A stretch of DNA of 64,000 bases from Octopus vulgaris. Lineage: Eukaryota. Below are positions 56,061-64,000 of this stretch, one piece after another (positions within the stretch are counted from its first letter, which is position 1; every line of letters starts with the position of its first letter). The notes beneath the pieces are model-generated. The model saw nothing but the letters and a program-made list of their open reading frames with translations, did no database searches and was not told where the DNA came from. The stretch lies in assembly GCA_951406725.2 (NCBI GenBank), contig OX597827.1:35340001-35404000 (forward strand), in the 5' to 3' direction. Made by a program: the position numbers and the translations under genes.

Positions 56061-56685
56061 AAGATATAAGGAAATCAATACAAAAGCAATCAAGATCATA
56101 ACTCTATGTTCATTTCTTATAGATATGACTCACACATTTCCCACCCTTGACAGGTTTCCATATGTCTGATAATGAAGATAAAGAATGTTCCAATGGAGTG
56201 CGTGATGTTGATACAATAACAGATGATAAATTGAACGGAATAGTCCTGAATTTTTGGAAAGAAATGCTTTACAGATTGATAATATGAGTGGTTACGGTTA
56301 TGATGACATTGCTAGCATGGGTGGATCATGTAACAAGCTTCTTTCAAGAAGTTATATCCAAAATGAAAAAATTGACCGCGACAAACAAATTAACATGTGA
56401 TTGCTGAGGCATGACGCTGGCGGTCAGTAAGGTTTTGGCGGGAAAATCTAAACGAATTCCAATCAGTGTGTATAAGAAATGACACACACGCCAGATATAC
56501 TCAAATCAATTTTCGATAATGAAACTGTCAAGGTCTAGAAACGTCGAATATGGATTTAGGAACTCTGTTGCTTCGAACCAATTGTACAAAAGTGAAAACA
56601 TACAAAATGCCAAAACTTGAACATAGTAGAGCAGTTAGTGAAACATATAAAAGAAAAGTTGTTCCCTATATATACGAATGTGTGA

Positions 56686-56805
56686 GTATATACGTATATG
56701 TACTTATGTATGCACGTATATACGTATATGTACTTGTATATGCACGTATATACGTATATGTACTTGTGTATGCACGTATATACGTATATGTACTTGTGTA
56801 TGCAC
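56686..56805 (+). repeat. 30-bp minisatellite, 4 units
   Basis: Unit tacgtatatgtacttgtgtatgcacgtata is repeated with 1-2 differences. Confidence 0.9.
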
Positions 56806-57393
56806 ATCATGATGTTTGGACTGATCACTAGTGATAGCGAAGTTATGCCTCCATTCATTTTCCCACACGGCCTCAGACTCAACACAGAGGCCTACATCAA
56901 GTGCCTGGAGGAGACAGTGCTGCCGTGGGTCAAGAAGGTGGCTGCTGGAAGATCCTATGTCTGGCAAAAGGACTCTGCACCATGTCACACAAGCAGGAAA
57001 ACCCAGTCATGGCTGTCAGACAATTTCTCCGACCACATCACCCCCGACATCTGGCCATCTAACCCCCCAGACTGCAACCCCCTTGATTATTATGTGCGGG
57101 GTGACATTGAACGAGAGACCAGCAAAACCCCTTGTAACACCAAAGATGAACTGAAGGCAAGGATTATGGCAGCATTCACCAACTTCAAGAGCAAGGAGAC
57201 CGTCTAGAAGAGTTGTAGGAGATTCCGAAGTTGTTTGGAGGCCGTGGTTGAAGCCAATGGCTATTTTATTGAATTAATTTACTCTCTTGTATTTCAATAT
57301 ATTTTTATGTAATTTTGGTAAATATGTCAGCTAAAATGAAATGTCAGTGTTATTTTCATCTTTGCGTAATTTAGACGACACTTTATTCACCTG
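56805..57393 (+). mobile_element. DD37D (maT-like) Tc1/mariner transposase 3' fragment
   Basis: MFGLITSDSEVMPPFIFPHGLRLN..YVWQKDSAPCH...WPSNPPDCNPLDY with 37 residues between the 2nd and 3rd Asp; after a stop, CRRFRSCLEAVVEANG; TIR-like end ttattcacctg. Confidence 0.9.
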
Positions 57394-58397
57394 TGTGTGT
57401 ACATATATGTGTGTGTGTGTACATATGTGTGTGTGTACGTATGTACGTATGTATGTGTGTGTGTATGCATGTGTATATATATATATAAATATATGTGTAT
57501 GTGTGTGTATGTGTCTTGTATCTTGCAGGGATCATTACGCCAATAATAACACGCGCACTGGTTCAAAATCACTTCTTTATTGTTGGTCAATTGGTTAAAA
57601 CTAAGTAATCGATCGTTTGTTTCTTGTGCTGGTTATACAATCAATTAGCTGGGGGGGTAGTTTTGTCAAAGTTATTTCGTCACTATTCGTGACCTCATCA
57701 ATGACATGCCTCCTATTTTCAAGGTCTGTCTTGAGTTTGTCTGAGAATTAGTCTTATGCCTGTATGTGTGTAAGCAGATGTGTGTTTGCTTGCAAGCGAA
57801 GGGAACGGTGAGAGTAAACGGAGAGTATGTGTGTGTGTGATAATTAAGAATGTGTGTTTGTGTGTGTGTATGTGTGTATATGTGTGTGCCTATGTAAAAC
57901 AAAAACAAGCATAGAGGCAAACAAACAACTAGCACAGTAGACAAACGATGGATTACCTGGTTGTTTTTGTTAACTAATTGACTAATATTAAAAAAAAGTT
58001 ATATTGAACCAGTTCTTGTGTTTATCGTTCTTGGTTTGATGACACTCGCAAGCCAACAAGATTTGTTTCAACTCATGAATTCACATCAAGGATCTTTCAA
58101 AACACATACAATAATTATATTGGTCTTTTATCTTCTATATACCTATCCACCCAAGAGAAATAACTTGCTTTTAACAGAATTACACTTCCAACTTTTAAAA
58201 CCAGGATGCAATACCGGAAACTTCACATACTAACAACCTGTATATTTCAGTAACTAAATGAGTTTCTTCTTCTGTTGACTACTTCGCTTTAGTCAAGTTT
58301 GAAACTTAAAGTTACAATGTATTGCCATTAGAAGACTATATGATACACACACATATGTATGTGTATACATACATACATACATACATGCATACATACA

Positions 58398-58522
<125 letters not shown>

Positions 58523-58734
58523 GTATGTATGTATATATACTTGAAATTTACTGAAAACAAAGGACGAAGACAGGTATAGGAGCAACAAGCAGGTATATTA
58601 GTTTAACGCTCGTGAAGAATGTTTCGAGTCTACACTCATCGACAGAAACGATTAAGAGGAAAAAGAGAGAGAATGAAAAGAAACGGAGAGAGAAAAAATT
58701 CATTATAGAGATTAACGGTTCAACAGTGTATGTT

Positions 58735-58766
<32 letters not shown>

Positions 58767-59512
58767 TGGGTGTTTGTGTGTGTGTGTGTCTGTATGTGTG
58801 TGTGTGTGTATGTGTCTGTATGTGTGTGTGTGTGTTACATTTGGCTTAGGCGCAGCAGTACTAATAATATGGTGTTAAACGTCAGTAGTTAATTTGCTTT
58901 AGAATAAAGTATGTATCAAGTATATTGATTCTTGCTCCGAGGAAATGATAAGGTGATGCACAAGTTGATTATGTATTCTTTTTCCCTTATTTAATTAGTT
59001 ACACACACACACATTTCCCTCAATTGCTCAGCTATTGTACTGAGTACTCTATTTCAGTTCGAGTAAGCAACTGTTACTTGTATGTATATATGTGGGGGGA
59101 GGGGCTGAGGGTGTGTGTGTTTGCTTTTAAAATAAAAAAGTTAATTATATTTAAATCCAATTTTTAACCTTATATTTTTTTCATGATATTTTACTTCACA
59201 ACATTCTTGTTACAAATTTTTGTTGCATGGGATCAAAACTATGAAATTCCTCATGCTTTTTTCTGTCCATTGAAGCTAGGATAAATATATTTTGCTTTTA
59301 AAATAAAAAAAGTTATTTAAATCTAAACTTAATTGGTGGCTTACTTACTCTCCTATAACGTTGCTACAAATTTTGATGTAAACTTTTTTCTGCTGGATCA
59401 ATTCTCAATATTGTTATGCCAAAATATAGCTAGGGACCAGTTTCCTTTAAAAATGTTAACATTTTCCCCTTTGGCTGAGAACTGAATAAGCGACAGAGCT
59501 CTGAAGATACTG

Positions 59513-59588
<76 letters not shown>

Positions 59589-59950
59589 TATATATATACA
59601 TACATATATGTACATACCTACATATATATGTATATATGCATGCACATATGGGTACAGGACGTCAAAAAAAACTTGAACAAAATGAAAAACGAGAATATAA
59701 AAAACAAAAACATGGGTTACCAATATTTTTTCGGACAACGAAGGAAACAAATAGAGAAACGAGACAGGCAGCATAAAGAAAATCCCCTCATCAGTTGTCC
59801 CCTGTTTTATCTACTCTGCATATCGAAGGTTGGGACAAGACGTGACTTCGTTAAAACAATCCTTCCCGCAAAGGAAATTAAATAAAATTTGGGATTTTTG
59901 CGGAGGGTTAAAGTGGTAGCAAAAACAAGAGAGTAAGAAAAAACAGTAAA

Positions 59951-60004
<54 letters not shown>

Positions 60005-60142
60005 TGTTTGTATGTATGTATGTATGTATGTATGTATGTATGTATGTATGTATGTGTGTGTGTGAGTGTGTATGTATGTATGTATATATGTGTGTGTGTA
60101 TGTGTGTGTATGTGTGCGTGTGAGTGTGTATGTATGTATGTA

Positions 60143-60179
<37 letters not shown>

Positions 60180-60491
60180 ATATATGTAGGAATTTTTTTT
60201 AAATATCGCAGAAACACGGAATAGAAACGCAAAGTTGATATATTAACTTCATGCTGGTTTGAGGTAAAAGTTTTGAAGGAAGTCCTACATTTCGGAGTAA
60301 ATGTTTTTTCTTCGGTGAAAAGAAGAAAAAATACAAGAATGCGATGTGAAGGCCGAGAGGACCGAGATCGTGTCTATATCTGCTTGCGGTTACATATGTG
60401 CAACGGGTGCTACATATGCACTTAAAAACATAGGCGAATGCATGGTGATTGCCACCAAACTATATTCACTGCAGGGCAATGGTTGACTGCG

Positions 60492-60566
<75 letters not shown>

Positions 60567-61556
60567 TGTATGTATGTATGTATATATGTGTGTGTGTGTT
60601 TTTATTAATAATTGGCAGAAGTTACTGAGCGCCTCAAAAGCCGAGAGTTTCATGCCTTGGTAAGTTGATAAGCACGAACGCACGAAACTCAGCCTTTGAG
60701 TCACTTTCTGCTGATTATTATTAATAAAACATAACTCCATACATACGTGTGCGCGCGCGCGTGTGTGTGTGCGTGCATGTGTGTACGTGCATGTGTGTGC
60801 GTGCATGTGTGTGCGTGCATATGTGTGAGTGCATGTGTGTGCGTGTGTATGTACGCGCGTGAACGTGCGTGACAGATTTCCCTTTCTTTTGTGCACTTCT
60901 GTTTTTCGGGTCTAAATAATATCATGCATAATAATTTATTACTCTCCCAAACTCACACACCTCGCAATTGTGCGTACATTAACCTGCCGAGTCAATATAA
61001 TCCGCACCTGTACGCCAGTGTGATGCACTATCCCCACTATAATTTATGCCTGAACAGCATCACTTGAAAAACTCTGTATAGTGATGTACAGGTAAAAATT
61101 CATATCTCTCTCTCTTTCTAACTCTTTCTCCCCCTCTCTCTCACTCTCTCTCTCTTTCTCCCTCTCTCGCTCTCTCGATGAATTATAAATAATCTACAGA
61201 GATCAGAGAAGTCACATTAAATATTCCCTTTCAAAGGATCATACCATTTTATGTACAGCATGTATGTATGCATGAACTCTGGGTAGAGTGATATTAAAGA
61301 CAGTTACACTATAATGTTTCCATATACATACATACACACATGCATACATACATACATACATACATACATACATACATACATACATACATACATACATACA
61401 TACATACATACATACATACATACATGCATGCATGCATATATACATACATACATACATAATACATACATACATACATACATATATGTATTCATGTGTATGT
61501 GTGTTTATATACGCATATATAGTTGTTTATATGTATCCATATACATATATACATAT

Positions 61557-61605
<49 letters not shown>

Positions 61606-62269
61606 TCCATATATATATATATATCCATATATATATATATTATATATATATATATATGCACTCATGTATTTATGTTATAAACACATACACATTCACACAG
61701 ATACATATATATGTATACACACACACACACACACACACACACAATCTCATATATTATATCTGACACGATATAAGAAGAATGAATTTAGCACAATTTATTA
61801 TTCGTTACAGTTGTTTCAACCATATTGAATGTAAATGATTCCGTATGAAACATTACGATTAATGTGCCACTCTGACATATTCACCCATGCATAATGCGTA
61901 GCTTTTCTTACGGTACCATTTGGAATGGTCTTAGAAAGGGAATGATACGGAAACAATTGTAACGAATATTGAGGTTGTACTACATTCATACACACAAACA
62001 TACAAACACACACACATACGCATACACACACACACATACACACACATATATATGTGTCTATCTCTATATGTATATATGTACATACTACTTTATTAAAGTC
62101 GAGAAAACGTTGCAAACAGTTACATTCACGTAACCGTTCAACACAGACTAGTAAAGAATTTTTTTTATATATGTTGTGTCTATATCAGCGTTTATAGATT
62201 ACCAAATCAACGAATAAGCATTTAAAGCTTATTGGGCTACTACTTTTAAAATAACAGCATACAATGTGG

Positions 62270-62660
62270 ATTGGTGAAATGCTTAGCGGTATTTCACCTG
62301 TCGCTGCGTTCTGAGACCAAATTACGTCGAGGCAGACTTTGCTTTTCATCCTTTCGGGATCGATAAATTAAGTAGCAGTGAAACATTGGGATTGATGTAA
62401 TCGCCTTACCCTCTCCCCACAAATTTCAGGCTTTGTGCCTATAGTAGAAAGGATTATTATTATTATCATTATTAAGGTGGCGAGCTGGCAGACTTGTTAG
62501 GAAGCCGGGTGAAATGTTAAGCGGCATTTCGTGTGTCTTTACGTTCTGAGGTCGATTTTGCCTTTCATCCTTTGGAGTCGATAAATTACAGGGGTCGATG
62601 CAATCGACTAGTCCCCTCCCCCAACATTTCAGATCCTGTGCCTTTAGTAGAAAGGATTAT
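62270..62660 (+). mobile_element. Two SINE family A copies
   Basis: gaaatgcttagcggtatttc...cttttcatcctttcgggatcgataaatt, and a second head aaggtggcgagctggcaga at about 62474. Confidence 0.85.
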
Positions 62661-62891
62661 TATAGTTGTTATTGAATGAGAGAGCAAGGGGTACCATCAA
62701 AGTATTTGACTGTACTTAAAAGGACGAAAATGTTTTTACAAAATACTAAAAAAATTCCTGGCAGGCAGCATAACGACGTTTACGGGCTATGGTGGATTAT
62801 ACCACAATACATCATTATTACGAAACCTCCGTCGATTACGAAATTTATGGACGCAAAAATCCTTTCTTATTATTAGACTCCTTAACCACAT

Positions 62892-62896
62892 TATTA

Positions 62897-62988
<92 letters not shown>
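62892..62988 (+). repeat. (TTA)n array, tail or target of the adjacent Dong-like element
   Basis: Direct reading; reads (TAA)n on the element strand. Confidence 0.95.
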
Positions 62989-62991
<3 letters not shown>

Positions 62992-64000
62992 TAGTTTTAT
63001 TTTTATAGCGTGCTTTCACTTCACTACCGAGCGCAGCTCTGTGTGCCTTGGGTATGTGCTGTGATTTGTTGTGATGCTCTGATGGTTATTGTATGGAAAG
63101 TGTTCTGCGTAGGATGTAGTGCCTAGTAATTTTCTGTATGTTATATGTGTTTGTAAGTCCTGGTGTTCTATGTATTTGTTGAATATTTTTTTATCATGCC
63201 TAATGCACCTACTATGATAGGAATTGTTTCTGTTTTCAGGTTCCACATTCTAGTTATCTATTTCCAGGTCTTTGTATTTTGAGAGTTTCTCCATTTCTTT
63301 TAGAGACACGTTGTCATCTGCCGGTATTGATACATCAATTAGAAAGCATTTTTTTTCTTCATGATCTCTGACAACTATATCTGGTCTGTTGGCCTTAATT
63401 TCTCTATCTGTGTGTATCGGCATATCCCAGAGTATGGTTGCTTTCTCGTTTTCTGTGACCTTTTCTGGTGTGTGCCTATACCATCTTTTTTCTGTTGTTA
63501 TTCCATAATGTTGGCATAGCTTCCAATGTATATAGGTTCCAACTCTGTCATGTCTGTGAATATATTCCTTCTTAGCCAGGACTGGGCAGCTAGAGATAAT
63601 ATGATTTATTGTTTCTTGTCCATCTCCACATATTCTGCAGTTACTTGTAATATTTCTTTTCATTACATGTTTTTGGTAATTTCTGGTGGGGAGGCTTTGG
63701 TCTTGTGCTGCAATTAAAAATCCCTCTGTTTCTGCTTTGAGTCCTGAGCTTCTCAACCATTGCTGGGATTTTTCTTTGTCTATTTCTTTTGCGTTTAGTT
63801 TAGTGCAGTATTTACCATGAAGGGGCTTTTCTTGTCATCGTTTTATCATGGCTCGTTGCTGTTCTATTTTTAGTTTGGATTTCATTTGTTTTATAGCTTT
63901 TGTTGTTTCTTCATCATCTTCTTCTTCTTCTTTGTGTTTATTAGGTGGTATGATTTCTTGTTTGTATTTGTCAGCTTCCTTAAATACTGAGAACAGTTTT
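62989..64000 (-). mobile_element. R4/Dong-like LINE 3' end (continues beyond the window), relatively well preserved
   Basis: ORF 63250-63756: LKAETEGFLIAAQDQSL, CRICGDGQETINHIISSC (CCHC), HRHDRV, NRPDIVV..LIDVSIP..EKLSKYKDL; EKPLHGKY upstream; IPIIVGALG downstream; the 3' UTR ends ataaaactactga-(taa)n. Confidence 0.93.

Noticed and set aside
56686-56805. CRISPR-like array
   Set aside because: Head-to-tail 30-bp units without unique spacers, no cas genes, eukaryotic context.

Overview
AT-rich eukaryotic, non-genic (intergenic or large-intron) DNA. From memory of the SINE families and the extreme microsatellite load, it is most likely an octopus/coleoid cephalopod; this is inference, not proven from the window. 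No intact host protein-coding gene is recognisable, and most ORFs in the track are microsatellite artefacts (MYVC, YI, HT, poly-I/N/Y). The window is a mosaic of decayed mobile DNA: several tRNA-derived SINE families (more than 20 copies), four R4/Dong-like REL-endonuclease LINE fragments mostly next to (TAA)n arrays, Penelope-like RT and GIY-YIG fragments, a Gypsy gag plus LTR remnant, a decayed Helitron Rep, a complete 511-bp non-autonomous Helitron, a Tc1-type MITE, and Tc1, mariner and DD37D transposase fragments. The most notable observations are (i) a near full-length U6 snRNA copy with a mutated ACAGAGA box fused to a SINE-type 3' tail (candidate U6-headed SINE or chimera), (ii) several short fold-back insertions, some with target-site duplications, carrying hammerhead-like CUGAnGA...GAAAC cores, (iii) a possible internally deleted Dong derivative between TAA arrays, and (iv) modular shuffling of SINE heads, bodies and tails. 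Coordinates of degraded elements are approximate, and family assignments come from motif recognition, not database searches.
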